Notes under the pieces: model-generated
The model's database searches: none
The model's input: the letters and a program-made list of their open reading frames with translations, nothing else
What the model was told of the DNA's origin: nothing
Part shown: positions 17,761-27,869 of the stretch, piece by piece
Numbering within the stretch: position 1 is the stretch's first letter
How the letters are laid out: the number at the start of each line of letters is the position of its first letter
NCBI GenBank assembly: GCA_018817715.1
Contig: JAHITT010000006.1
Location: 139,147-203,146, forward strand
DNA from: Patescibacteria group bacterium
GTDB lineage: Bacteria; Patescibacteriota; Patescibacteriia; Veblenbacterales; UBA10138
Direction: 5' to 3'
Length of the DNA: 64,000 nt
Position numbers and translations under genes: made by a program

Positions 17761-19014
17761 TTATTCTCGACGTAAAGCTTCGATAGGGTCCAAGGCAGCA
17801 GCTTGCCTAGCTGGATAAAGACCAAATACTAAACCACAAACAACCGAAAAAGAAGTGGCCAATACTACTGAATACAAAGGCACTACAAAATCCCAAGCAA
17901 AACCCTGCCAAGCAGCAACTAAAGATATTAAATAAGACACAGCCACACCAGCTAAAATACCGCTTAAACCACCCAAAGTAGTTATTAAAACAGCTTCAGT
18001 TAAAAACTGTAACAATATTTGTTTGGGGCGAGCGCCAATCGCCTTTCTTAAACCTATTTCAAAGGTTCTTTCCAAAACCGACACATACATAATATTCATA
18101 ATGCCCACCCCACCGACAATCAATGAAATGGCGGCCAAAATAATCAGTAGTATAGTAAAACCACCTATCACCGTATCTAAAATATTTACAAAATCATCAT
18201 TGGATTGAACTTGAAAATCATCTTTATCGGGATTAGAGTCGTCTATATTATGACGGTCACGTAACAAATCTTCTACTGCGGCCACTGTTTGGGGTAATTT
18301 ATTTTCATCTTGATATTGATTCAAAATATAAGACACATGATCTATACCCAAAATTTGTTTTTGCAAAGTACGTATTGGTAAATATACAAAATCATCATAA
18401 TTAACAAACATCACAGCTCCTTTAGATTCAAACACTCCGATAACTTCAAAATTTTTCTGCTTTATTTTTATATCTTGACCAATAGGATTACTATCACCAA
18501 ATAATTCACTAGCCACATTAAAACCTAAAACCGCTACTTTAGCCAATGAATCATCTTCTTCTGGACTAAAAAATCGTCCCTGAGCAACTTTACTGGTGTC
18601 AATTTCTAAAAATGTCGGTGACACACCAAATAAAGTTATAGTTTTTTTGGCTGAACCAGAATTAGCCACAGCCTGACCCATTTGACCGGCATAATTATTT
18701 TTTATATTAGGCAACTTACGTAAAGCTTTCATGTCATCCAGGGTTAAAGTTTTAATAACAGTGCCAAAAGCTTGGGCATTAGCCCCTTCGGAAGAATTTT
18801 TAGCTGTTTCCGGAACTTTAACTTCCACATTCAAAATATTGGTACCATAAGTTTCAAACTGACCAATAATAAAACCCTTAACACCTTGAGCCGCCGAAAT
18901 AACCACAATAACCGCCGCAATGCTAATAACTATACCCAAACCAGTCAACATCGTACGCGTTAACTGACGGCTAAAAGAAAATATAGCTAATGATATGTAC
19001 TCTTTAAATTTCAT
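17761..19014 (-). CDS. ABC transporter permease, MacB/FtsX family
   Basis: 417 aa. N-terminal TM, a large periplasmic domain, and the C-terminal FtsX core (GIMNIMYVSVLERTFEIGLRKAIGA). Confidence 0.8.
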   Translation of the reverse strand: MKFKEYISLAIFSFSRQLTRTMLTGLGIVISIAAVIVVISAAQGVKGFIIGQFETYGTNILNVEVKVPETAKNSSEGANAQAFGTVIKTLTLDDMKALRKLPNIKNNYAGQMGQAVANSGSAKKTITLFGVSPTFLEIDTSKVAQGRFFSPEEDDSLAKVAVLGFNVASELFGDSNPIGQDIKIKQKNFEVIGVFESKGAVMFVNYDDFVYLPIRTLQKQILGIDHVSYILNQYQDENKLPQTVAAVEDLLRDRHNIDDSNPDKDDFQVQSNDDFVNILDTVIGGFTILLIILAAISLIVGGVGIMNIMYVSVLERTFEIGLRKAIGARPKQILLQFLTEAVLITTLGGLSGILAGVAVSYLISLVAAWQGFAWDFVVPLYSVVLATSFSVVCGLVFGLYPARQAAALDPIEALRRE

Positions 19015-20265
19015 TTATTCGTAACGTAAAGCTGTTATGGGATCTAACTTAGCAGCTCGCCTGGCAGGATAATAACCAAAAGCCAAACCAATTGATAAAC
19101 CCACCAACAAAGCAACTATGACAGATAGTGGTGACACAATAAACGCCCAATCATAATTAAGAGCTTTAACCACTACTGTGATCAAACCAGATAAGATAGC
19201 TCCGCCCAAAATACCCAAAGTTGAACCGATTAAAGTAATAATTATAGTTTCCAACAAAAATTGATTTTGAATACTAGAATTGGTAGCGCCAACCGCCTTC
19301 CTTAAACCAATCTCCTTGATTCGTTCGGTAATGGCCACCAACATTATATTCATAATACCAATACCACCAACTAATAACGAAATGGCAGCAATGGCTGCCA
19401 AAAAATAACGAAAAGCATCGGTAATACTTTTAAGCATGTCCACTGCCTGAGCCATAGATCGAACGGAAAAATCTTCCTCATCAGCTGTATCTATTTTATG
19501 CTGAGCGTTTAAAACTTGTTTTACGCCAGCCATTGCCGAATCTAAATAAACAGGATCACCTAACTTAGCCCTGATTAAAGACAAATGACGCCAACCCAAC
19601 ATTATTTTTTGAGCTGTTTGCAAAGGTATAATTACTTGATCATCTTGGTTACTAAAACCAGCTGAACCTCTTTTTTCTAAATAACCAATAACTTTAAAGG
19701 ACTCTTTTTTAATCTTAATAGTTTTACCTATGGGATCATCACCTTGGAATAACTCCTCCACTATGCCACTACCTAAAATAGCCACCCGGGCCAAACCACC
19801 ATCTTCTTCCGGTGTAAAAAAACGACCAGCCACTAAAGTAATATTTTCTACTTGAGGAAAAGATGGTGAAACACCCATGTAAGTTCCGCCCTCAATCACT
19901 CTATTCTCATAAGTCATTTTACCCAAACCGCTGGCATAACCGGAGATGGCTTGTAAATGTAAAGATTGAGCATTGTTTTCCAAAGCTTTAATATCGTCAT
20001 TAATTAAAGTTTTAACCTGAATGCCAAAAACCGAAGCTGGCGGACCGCTGGCATCGGAAGCCCCGGGTAACACCGCTATTAAATCGCTACCCACTCGGTT
20101 AACTTGAGATAAAATTAAAACCTGAGCACCAGCGCCAACCGATATAATAAGCACTACTGAACCTATACCAATAATAAGTCCAAGCATGGTTAAAAAAGAG
20201 CGCAACGGATTGCCCAATAAATTAGCTAAAGTAAGTTTTAAAGTATTACGTGCTTCCATTAGCAA
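19015..20265 (-). CDS. ABC transporter permease, MacB/FtsX family (second paralog)
   Basis: 416 aa with the same architecture (GIMNIMLVAITERIKEIGLRKAVGA). Confidence 0.8.
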   Translation of the reverse strand: MLMEARNTLKLTLANLLGNPLRSFLTMLGLIIGIGSVVLIISVGAGAQVLILSQVNRVGSDLIAVLPGASDASGPPASVFGIQVKTLINDDIKALENNAQSLHLQAISGYASGLGKMTYENRVIEGGTYMGVSPSFPQVENITLVAGRFFTPEEDGGLARVAILGSGIVEELFQGDDPIGKTIKIKKESFKVIGYLEKRGSAGFSNQDDQVIIPLQTAQKIMLGWRHLSLIRAKLGDPVYLDSAMAGVKQVLNAQHKIDTADEEDFSVRSMAQAVDMLKSITDAFRYFLAAIAAISLLVGGIGIMNIMLVAITERIKEIGLRKAVGATNSSIQNQFLLETIIITLIGSTLGILGGAILSGLITVVVKALNYDWAFIVSPLSVIVALLVGLSIGLAFGYYPARRAAKLDPITALRYE

Positions 20266-20274
20266 TAATTAAAG

Positions 20275-21000
20275 CTATTTAAGCTGACCGTTGATAGCTG
20301 ATTGTCTAACTTGTTCTGGCACAACCTCGTCTGACTCAATTAAACCATCTTTAATCCGTAAAATCCTACGAGCATAATCAGCTGTATTTTTTTCATGAGT
20401 AACTAGAATAATAGTTTTACCTCGCTGATTCAGATCATCCAGAATTTTCATTATCTGAAGACCTGATTTAGAATCTAAATTACCTGTTGGCTCATCGGCA
20501 AAAATAACTGAAGGGTCGTTAACCAAAGCTCGAGCAATAGCCACCCGCTGCTTTTCGCCACCTGATAATTGATTGGATAAATAATCCAAACGATGCGTTA
20601 AACCAACCGCCTCAATGGCTTGTTTGACTAGTTCATCTTTTTTGGATTCTGGCATAGTCACATAAAGCAGGGGTAACCTGACATTTTGCAAAACCGAAGT
20701 TTTAGATAAAAGATTAAATTGCTGAAAAACAAAACCTACTTTAGTAGAACGCATAAAAGCCAATTCATCTTCGCTTAAGGTATCCACTTCCTTACCTTCA
20801 AACCAATATTGTCCACTAGTTAAGCGATCCAAAAAACCTAAGATATGCATTAAGGTTGATTTACCTGAACCAGAAGGGCCCATAATAGAAACAAACTCCC
20901 CGGCCTGCAAAGTAAAAGAGACTCCATGCAAAACCGGTGTGGCCACACCCTCATTTTCGTAAATTTTTTTTAAGTCTTTAACTGTAATTAAATCAGACAT
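20275..21000 (-). CDS. ABC transporter ATP-binding protein (MacB/LolD-type)
   Basis: Walker [11 protein letters not shown], signature [15 protein letters not shown], Walker [13 protein letters not shown]. Confidence 0.9.
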   Translation of the reverse strand: MSDLITVKDLKKIYENEGVATPVLHGVSFTLQAGEFVSIMGPSGSGKSTLMHILGFLDRLTSGQYWFEGKEVDTLSEDELAFMRSTKVGFVFQQFNLLSKTSVLQNVRLPLLYVTMPESKKDELVKQAIEAVGLTHRLDYLSNQLSGGEKQRVAIARALVNDPSVIFADEPTGNLDSKSGLQIMKILDDLNQRGKTIILVTHEKNTADYARRILRIKDGLIESDEVVPEQVRQSAINGQLK

Positions 21001-21001
21001 G

Positions 21002-22570
21002 TTATTTAGAACCGTTAGATTTAAAAGTTATAATTGCCTCCCCATCCTTTAAACCTTCTTTAATTTCCACTAAACCATCATCACCCTTTAAACCTATAAC
21101 TACATTTTTTCTTACCAACTCATTATTAAGTAAAACTTCTACATAAACTTGACCACTATCATACCTAACAGCCCGCAAAGGCACCACCAAAACATCTTTA
21201 ACCTCCGCCGACATTATATCTAGATTTGCCGTCATGCCAGGTTTAATTCTATCATCTTGAGCATCATCAAAAGTTACTGTAACTTCATAATAAACAACGT
21301 CTTGTATGACCGTAGCCGCTGGATCAATAAAAGCAATATGGCTACTAAAATGCTCACTGCTACCAAAAGCGTCTAAAGTAATATCAACTGGTTGACCGAT
21401 TTTTAATTTAGCAATATCTGATTCAGGAACCTGAACTTTAATTTCTGTTTGGCTATCGGTTAATAAAACCGCCACAGCCGAAGACAAAGAAGTTGTTTCC
21501 CCTATTTCATAATTGACTCTAGTAATGGTGCCATTAACCGGCGTCGTAAGATAACGATCACTTAAATTATTTTGCGCTTGAACCAAAGTAGCCCGAGCAG
21601 CTGCCACCTGTGCTTCAACATTTAATATATCATAACTCCTAGGTGGCGCTGTTTTAAAATTAAAATTAGCTTTAGCTTGAACTAAAACTTGTTCAGCGGT
21701 TTTAATCACTGCCTCAGCCGTATCTATTTGCTGCAGTTTATTAACCAAAGCCGCTTCATAAGCCGCCTTATAAGTAGTATAAGAAGCAGCTGAAGTATTT
21801 GGTATATCTATGGTCCAAGTATCACCAGTTGCCAAAACACCAGTAGATGAAAACTGCAAACGCAAACCTAATACACCAATTGGTGTTGAAGTAGTATAAC
21901 TACCTTCTTGATAATCATTTTCCAAACCATACACCGAATAGGCCAAATTAGAACGATTATCAAACCTAATAGTGTAAGTACCAAAATTAGTTCCCTGATA
22001 AGTACCACTTAAAGTAAAGCTACCTGTGGAGATATTGGTTCTAGCTGGTATAGCTTGTGGTGTTAAACCAACCAACTGAGCTAAAGCATTAGCCACTGCC
22101 CGATCTTGACTGGCTTTAATATTTATTAAAGATTGCTTAGCATTATTTAAAGTGGTTTCGGCCGCTGACACCCCAGCCTGACTAACCGCCACATCCTCAT
22201 CTTGAGCACCAGCCTTTAATTTGGCTAAATTAGCCTCGGCTGATTTTAAATTAGCTTGAGCTGTTAATACCGAAGCTGCTGCATCCTTACTGTCCAAACG
22301 AGCTATTACGGTATTGGCTTTAACCTTATCGCCCACCTTAACCATTAAAGAAGTTAATCGTCCAGGTGCTTTAAAATTCAAATTCACTTGTTCGGCGGCT
22401 TTAACTGTACCGGTCACCGAAACAGTCTGTTTTAAATCTTGTTGCTTAACTGTTTCCGTAGTATATTTGGGCTTGGCTTGTTGATTACGACTATAAAACA
22501 CCAAACCAACTATTATTAACACCAACAAAACAGGAATCCAAACTTTTTTGAGCTTTAATATTTTCCACAT
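21002..22570 (-). CDS. Efflux membrane-fusion (periplasmic adaptor) protein, HlyD/MacA family
   Basis: 522 aa. N-terminal TM, a lipoyl-like hairpin (VKAAEQVNLNFKAPGRLTSLMVKVGDKVK), coiled-coil, and a long insertion. Confidence 0.7.
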   Translation of the reverse strand: MWKILKLKKVWIPVLLVLIIVGLVFYSRNQQAKPKYTTETVKQQDLKQTVSVTGTVKAAEQVNLNFKAPGRLTSLMVKVGDKVKANTVIARLDSKDAAASVLTAQANLKSAEANLAKLKAGAQDEDVAVSQAGVSAAETTLNNAKQSLINIKASQDRAVANALAQLVGLTPQAIPARTNISTGSFTLSGTYQGTNFGTYTIRFDNRSNLAYSVYGLENDYQEGSYTTSTPIGVLGLRLQFSSTGVLATGDTWTIDIPNTSAASYTTYKAAYEAALVNKLQQIDTAEAVIKTAEQVLVQAKANFNFKTAPPRSYDILNVEAQVAAARATLVQAQNNLSDRYLTTPVNGTITRVNYEIGETTSLSSAVAVLLTDSQTEIKVQVPESDIAKLKIGQPVDITLDAFGSSEHFSSHIAFIDPAATVIQDVVYYEVTVTFDDAQDDRIKPGMTANLDIMSAEVKDVLVVPLRAVRYDSGQVYVEVLLNNELVRKNVVIGLKGDDGLVEIKEGLKDGEAIITFKSNGSK

Positions 22571-22582
22571 AGTATATTTAAA

Positions 22583-22915
22583 TTAAAATTTATTTTTTTT
22601 ATTAGTAAAAGAGGATAAATGCCGGGTAAATTCTACCAGCATATCCTCCAGGTCGTCCATTTTAAAAATAGCCGCTACTTTACGCATTTTTACAAAAATC
22701 ATCAATTTTTGACCAACTTTTATATCCATAGCCTTCCTAATATCAGCTGGTATAACAATTTGGCCTCTTTGACCGACTGTTACAGTATTAAAAAATTCAA
22801 AATTACCAGGCAACAAACTTTTTAAATCACCAACCGCCTTGGACTTAGTTAAATTTTTTATTTTCTTATTAGTATTTTTAATAGATAAATTCTTTGATTT
22901 TGTAAATGTTTTCAT
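22583..22915 (-). CDS. AbrB/MazE/SpoVT-type (swapped-hairpin) DNA-binding protein, first gene of the ABC efflux operon
   Basis: 110 aa. The core GQRGQIVIPADIRKAMDIKVGQKL matches the SpoVT/AbrB looped-hinge helix pattern. Confidence 0.5.
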   Translation of the reverse strand: MKTFTKSKNLSIKNTNKKIKNLTKSKAVGDLKSLLPGNFEFFNTVTVGQRGQIVIPADIRKAMDIKVGQKLMIFVKMRKVAAIFKMDDLEDMLVEFTRHLSSFTNKKNKF

Positions 22916-22940
22916 AAGTTTATAAAAACTGATTATACAG

Positions 22941-22964
22941 ATAAGTATGAAAATTCATACTTAT
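22941..22964. promoter_or_regulatory. Palindromic candidate operator upstream of the AbrB-like gene
   Basis: ataagtatga-aaat-tcatacttat, with 10-bp perfect arms, 26 nt upstream of the start. Confidence 0.4.
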
Positions 22965-22999
22965 TAATAATAGCATACTTTTATAAATAAGTCAACCTG

Positions 23000-24040
23000 T
23001 TACCTAATAAACATACCGTCTCCAAAAGAAAAAAAACGCATTTTTTTCTTAATAGCTTTTTGATAAATACTTAAAAGTCTTTTACGACCTATTAAAGCTG
23101 CCACTAACATCATTAAGCTGGAAGATGGCACATGAAAATTAGTAATTAAACAATCAACAATATGAAATCTATACCCCGGACTAATAAAAAGTTGGGTTGA
23201 ACCTTGCTTATTCAAACAGTCAGCTTGCTGATTAAAAGCCGATTCCAAAGTCCGTACCACTGTCGTACCTATGGCCACAACCTTATCTCCCCGCTTTTTA
23301 GCCACAGCCACAGCTTTAATCGTTTTGGCAGGAACTTGCCAAAATTCATTATGCAACTTATTTTTTCTAACCTGCCCCTCCTTCAAGGAGGCAAAAGTAC
23401 CTAAATTAACATGCAAAGTAACAAAACAAACTTGATGACCTTGTTTTTTTAAATTATTAAATAAACGTTTGGTAAAATGAAGCGAAGCTGTCGGAGCGGC
23501 TATTGAACCAAAATCTTTAGCAAAAACTGTTTGATATAAACGCCGCCTGTCTGATTCTTTAAGCCCGCTAGTTTTTAAATAAGGCGGCAAAGGCGTTAAG
23601 CCATAACGCTGTAATAAGCGATAAAATTCTTTGGCCTGACCAGGTGGTTTTAAAAAATAACTACCACCACTTTGCCTAACAACTTCAAAATAAAGTCGCT
23701 TAGTTAAACGTAATTTTTGGCCAACCAACAGCCGTCTATCGGACATAACTTCAACCAAACCAACCACCGTATTTAAATAAAGAACATTAACCTTACCACC
23801 AGTCGGTTTAAATAATTCTAAACGGGCCGGTAAAACTTTAGTGTCGTTAAAAATCAGCAAAGAATTGGGTGGTAAATACTTACCTAAATTAAAAAAATAA
23901 TCAAAATTAATTTTGCTTGATTGCTTATCAAATACTAATAAACGAGCGCCGTCTCTAGGACTAACCGGACGCAAAGCCACCAAATTTTTAGGTAATTGGT
24001 AATAATAAGATTTAAGAAGTTGCTTAAAAGACTGCTTCAC
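23000..24040 (-). CDS. queA: S-adenosylmethionine:tRNA ribosyltransferase-isomerase
   Basis: 346 aa. N-terminus YYYQLPKNLVALRPVSPRDGARLLV. Adjacent to, and overlapping, tgt. Confidence 0.8.
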   Translation of the reverse strand: MKQSFKQLLKSYYYQLPKNLVALRPVSPRDGARLLVFDKQSSKINFDYFFNLGKYLPPNSLLIFNDTKVLPARLELFKPTGGKVNVLYLNTVVGLVEVMSDRRLLVGQKLRLTKRLYFEVVRQSGGSYFLKPPGQAKEFYRLLQRYGLTPLPPYLKTSGLKESDRRRLYQTVFAKDFGSIAAPTASLHFTKRLFNNLKKQGHQVCFVTLHVNLGTFASLKEGQVRKNKLHNEFWQVPAKTIKAVAVAKKRGDKVVAIGTTVVRTLESAFNQQADCLNKQGSTQLFISPGYRFHIVDCLITNFHVPSSSLMMLVAALIGRKRLLSIYQKAIKKKMRFFSFGDGMFIR

Positions 24041-25173
24041 AATTTTCCCGATTTAATCATTTTACGCCAACCGGCCACCACAGCATTAAAAAAATACAAA
24101 TTATGAAAAGTCAGTAAAGACAAAGCGGTTATTTCCCGAGCCCGTAATAAATGATGTATGTAAGAACGCTGATAGTCACGACAAACAAAACAACCGCATT
24201 TAGAATCTAAAGGTTTTTTGTCAGTCTGATAAATTTTTTTAAATAAATCCTTTGGGCCTTGAGTAGTAAAAGCCGTGCCATGCCTAGCATAATGAGTAGG
24301 TGTAATACAATCAAAAGTATCTACACCGGCTTTAATAAGTATGGGTATATCAGCCAAATGGCCAATACCTAAAAGATGTCGCGGTTTACTGTCGGGTAAT
24401 TCTTTGATTACTAAATCTAACGTTTTAGCCATATTAGTTTTATGGCTACCAAATTCACCACCAATACCAAAACCGTCAAAAGGTAACTTGGACATAAACT
24501 TGGCGCTAGTGGAACGTAGTTTAGTGTAAGCCCCGCCTTGAACTATGCCATATAATAACTGCTGATTATTTTTGGTTTTTAAACAAACCTTGGCCCAACG
24601 ATGCGTTCGCGCCATAGCTTCCTTGGTATAATTATAATCCGCCAAAGGCGGTGGACACTCGTCAAAATTAAATACAATATCAGCGCCTAATTGTTTTTGT
24701 ATTTTCATTGATTCCGTAGGCCCAATAAAAATCTTTCGACCGTCAATGTGCGATCTAAATTCCACCCCTTGTTCGGTAATTTTTAAATTATTCGGTTGCT
24801 GACCTGATTTTACAACGGCTTTAGTTTTTTGCTTAACCACCTTATTAATTTTAAGTTCCCGACCAAAACCCAAACTAAAAACCTGAAAACCACCCGAATC
24901 AGTCATCACTGGCCCGGCCCAATTCATAAATTTATGCAAACCACCCTGTTTTTTTATAACAGCTTCACCGGGCCGCAAATGCAAATGATAGGTATTAGCA
25001 ATAAGAATCTGCGTACCCGTATCCACCACTTGTTGACTGTTTAAAGTCTTGATAGTCGCCTGGGTAGCTACTGGTACTAAACTGGGCGTCAGAACTTCAC
25101 CATGCTCGGTCATAAGTCGGCCTAAACGAGCTCGACTTTTATTGGATTTTTTTAAAATTTTTAAACCCCTCAT
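24037..25173 (-). CDS. tgt: Queuine tRNA-ribosyltransferase
   Basis: 378 aa. TIM-barrel Tgt motifs (DSGGFQVF, LLGIGH), and a zinc site CxCxxC...H (CGCFVCRDYQRSYIHH). Confidence 0.85.
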   Translation of the reverse strand: MRGLKILKKSNKSRARLGRLMTEHGEVLTPSLVPVATQATIKTLNSQQVVDTGTQILIANTYHLHLRPGEAVIKKQGGLHKFMNWAGPVMTDSGGFQVFSLGFGRELKINKVVKQKTKAVVKSGQQPNNLKITEQGVEFRSHIDGRKIFIGPTESMKIQKQLGADIVFNFDECPPPLADYNYTKEAMARTHRWAKVCLKTKNNQQLLYGIVQGGAYTKLRSTSAKFMSKLPFDGFGIGGEFGSHKTNMAKTLDLVIKELPDSKPRHLLGIGHLADIPILIKAGVDTFDCITPTHYARHGTAFTTQGPKDLFKKIYQTDKKPLDSKCGCFVCRDYQRSYIHHLLRAREITALSLLTFHNLYFFNAVVAGWRKMIKSGKL

Positions 25174-25922
25174 ACTTTAAAAAACTTTTTAATTTTTTTA
25201 AACCAAACCGGCTGAATAATCAAACGAGCAGATAAATGCCCACCTCTTTTTAAAGGATAAAAATTGGCACCAATCTGTTTGACAAACTTTTTAACATCCT
25301 TAAATCTAACCACCTTATCGTCCTGACTGTGTATAATCATCAACTTTCTACCATCAATTAAAGATACTTGCTTTATAGGATTATAAAAATTACCTCTAAT
25401 TAATTTATCCCAATTAGATTTTTTTAAACGGTAACCCATACCATAAACTGCTTTAAGAAAATCATATTGTTTTTCCAACGGCTCTTCTTGACTAGGCGCT
25501 TGCCAATCTACCACTGGAGAAAAAGCCACACCAGCAGTAACCCGTTTATCTTGACTAGTTAAAATAACCGCCGAACCACCAAAACTACTACCTAATAAAA
25601 AAATTTTAGGTTTCTTAATAATATATTTTTGGCCAGTATGTAAATTCTCAATTTTTTTAAACAAACCGTCAATAACATCAATGATATCTAAATGGGGCGA
25701 CCTAGCTAATAAACTTCCGCCGCTTTCCCAACTACCCCGATACCGAGGATAAAAAACCCAATAACCCTGCTTGGAAAAAAAATCCAACAAATCATTCTTG
25801 CCAGGAACTACTGGCAAGCCATCGCACAATATTAGTACTTTATTAGATTGTTTAACTGGTAACAACCATTCAGCCACTATATCTTTCTTAAATCTGGTTC
25901 TATAGGTTCTTATTTTTTTCAC
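25170..25922 (-). CDS. Alpha/beta-hydrolase fold protein
   Basis: 250 aa. G-x-S-x-G nucleophile elbow (LGSSFGGSAV). Confidence 0.5.
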   Translation of the reverse strand: MKKIRTYRTRFKKDIVAEWLLPVKQSNKVLILCDGLPVVPGKNDLLDFFSKQGYWVFYPRYRGSWESGGSLLARSPHLDIIDVIDGLFKKIENLHTGQKYIIKKPKIFLLGSSFGGSAVILTSQDKRVTAGVAFSPVVDWQAPSQEEPLEKQYDFLKAVYGMGYRLKKSNWDKLIRGNFYNPIKQVSLIDGRKLMIIHSQDDKVVRFKDVKKFVKQIGANFYPLKRGGHLSARLIIQPVWFKKIKKFFKV

Positions 25923-25926
25923 AATT

Positions 25927-26901
25927 TTAATTAACCAATTTTGCTTTAAATTCTTCTACCAAAGGTACGGCTGTAGGTTCGGCTTCGTAAATAAGCGCCG
26001 TATAGTAAGCTAGCCAATCAGCTAAAATCAAAGAATTAAAAATTTTTTCTAAATCGTTTTGACCTGTTAATTTTATAGTAGTCACCGGCAAATCCCGATC
26101 TTCTAATATTTGAGTTAAAACAGAAATTCTTTTTTGTATTTTAAGATTATCCGCTTGGTCAACTAAAATTATAAAAAATAATTTATCTGACAAAGAACGA
26201 CTAAGATCTGTATAATCATAACCAGTCATTTCGTTATGATTGAGTTCGGGCAATAAATTATAAAAAGCCGGCACCTTGCCTGTTTCATTCAATTTTATTT
26301 TCCAATTATACGCCAAAGCATAGTTCTTAGACGAAGCATAAACAACAGGAATATGGCCCTTAAGCTCCTCAGCTAAAATTTCTCCCTGACTTTCCCAAAC
26401 CGACGGATTAAGAGTACTAGCTAATTGACTAATAGTGCTTAAAATATCTTCCTGATTAGTGGCTTTTAACATAGCTATTAAACTAAAACCCAAAGCTGAT
26501 CGTGGTTGAATTCCGGTATCGGGCAATTGGATATAAGGTAAGTTTTTTTCTTTAGCTATTTGCAAAAGCTGGCCACCAACACTAATTACCAAACAATTTA
26601 ATCCTCTATCTAAAGCCTGATTTAAACTGTCCAAAGCCTCCTCGGTGTTTCCAGAATAAGAACTTATAATAACCAAAGTTCCACTTGGTTCAACCGTTAT
26701 AAATTCCGGCAACCCATAGTCGGAATGAATTATTAAATTAAGTTGCGGCTTAATTCTTTTTAAAACATCCGCTGCTAAATGCGAACCCCCCATACCACAA
26801 ACCAAATAATTAAAAAATTGTTTTAAATCAATTTGCCCGCCTTGAATTTTTGGTTGAAAAGAAAATTGTTTGGGAAAATCCCGAATAGCTTGTTCCATCA
26901 T
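25927..26901 (-). CDS. SIS-domain bifunctional phosphoglucose/phosphomannose isomerase (archaeal-type PGI/PMI)
   Basis: 324 aa. SIS motifs GMGGSHLAADVL and VISSYSGNTEE. Confidence 0.55.
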   Translation of the reverse strand: MMEQAIRDFPKQFSFQPKIQGGQIDLKQFFNYLVCGMGGSHLAADVLKRIKPQLNLIIHSDYGLPEFITVEPSGTLVIISSYSGNTEEALDSLNQALDRGLNCLVISVGGQLLQIAKEKNLPYIQLPDTGIQPRSALGFSLIAMLKATNQEDILSTISQLASTLNPSVWESQGEILAEELKGHIPVVYASSKNYALAYNWKIKLNETGKVPAFYNLLPELNHNEMTGYDYTDLSRSLSDKLFFIILVDQADNLKIQKRISVLTQILEDRDLPVTTIKLTGQNDLEKIFNSLILADWLAYYTALIYEAEPTAVPLVEEFKAKLVN

Positions 26902-26915
26902 ATAATTTTATAAGA

Positions 26916-27836
26916 TTAACTGACTGATTGATCTTTAAAAAATTTATAAAGATGATAAAAATTAGCCGCTATAACCTGAATAGCTGCCGCCGAATTATTA
27001 TCTTTAACATATTGTTGAAGAGGTTCTTGAAAAACTGTCCGACCAACGGCAAAACCAAACCAGCCAGCCTGAGCAGCCGCTTTTAATTGATTTTCCACCT
27101 TTAACAACGGTTGATTTCTACCCAACATTATAATATTAACATTCTGACCGCCCAAACGACGAGCGGTTTGTAAAATATTTTGACAATAATCCAAACGACT
27201 GCAACCTTCCAGCTTCCAAATATCCGGTTTAACCCCGGCTTGATATAATTCTGCTAGCATTTTTACAGCCAAAAGTGGCCTAACATCTTCATCATACCTT
27301 TCTTTATCGCCTTTAACCTCCCTTAGCTGAAATTCTGTCGGAGGCACTAAAGGCTCCAGCATAAAAATATAACCGTTAGTCTGACAAAAATCCGACAATA
27401 ATTTAAGTTTCAAAGCTTGGCGCTTATTTAACTCTAAATCATCCGAAGGGTTATATTTTATTAAAGCCTTAACAATAGCTGGTTTTAACTGATTAATTTT
27501 TTCTGGCCAAGCGGCACCATAAACAAAACCAAACTCTTTAGTATTATGTTCTTCGACTCCCAAACAAACAGCCACACCGTCGCGCTGAGCAGCCTGTAAA
27601 ATAGGCTGACCAAACAATTCATCAACTATAATAGCTGAACTGGTTTGGGGAACACCTAATTGCCAAGAACGCAAAAAACCCTGATAAATTAACATCTTTA
27701 ACTCAGCTATTTTTGGTATATCTTTTTCCTCCACCACAGCCCCCGGAGCAACTACTAATTCCGTAAAGGCTGAGTAATGATCAAAGGGTAGAATGAATAA
27801 ATTATTGTAAAAACTAGCTTTTTTTAACTGATTCAT
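26916..27836 (-). CDS. Class I (Schiff-base) aldolase of the LacD/DeoC-like family; candidate fructose/tagatose-bisphosphate aldolase
   Basis: 306 aa. DIWKLEGC resembles the LacD catalytic-lysine motif D-I/V-L-K-V/L-E. The call is from memory and weak. Confidence 0.35.
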   Translation of the reverse strand: MNQLKKASFYNNLFILPFDHYSAFTELVVAPGAVVEEKDIPKIAELKMLIYQGFLRSWQLGVPQTSSAIIVDELFGQPILQAAQRDGVAVCLGVEEHNTKEFGFVYGAAWPEKINQLKPAIVKALIKYNPSDDLELNKRQALKLKLLSDFCQTNGYIFMLEPLVPPTEFQLREVKGDKERYDEDVRPLLAVKMLAELYQAGVKPDIWKLEGCSRLDYCQNILQTARRLGGQNVNIIMLGRNQPLLKVENQLKAAAQAGWFGFAVGRTVFQEPLQQYVKDNNSAAAIQVIAANFYHLYKFFKDQSVS

Positions 27837-27869
27837 AGTTTATATTCTATCATATTAATCAGCTTTATT

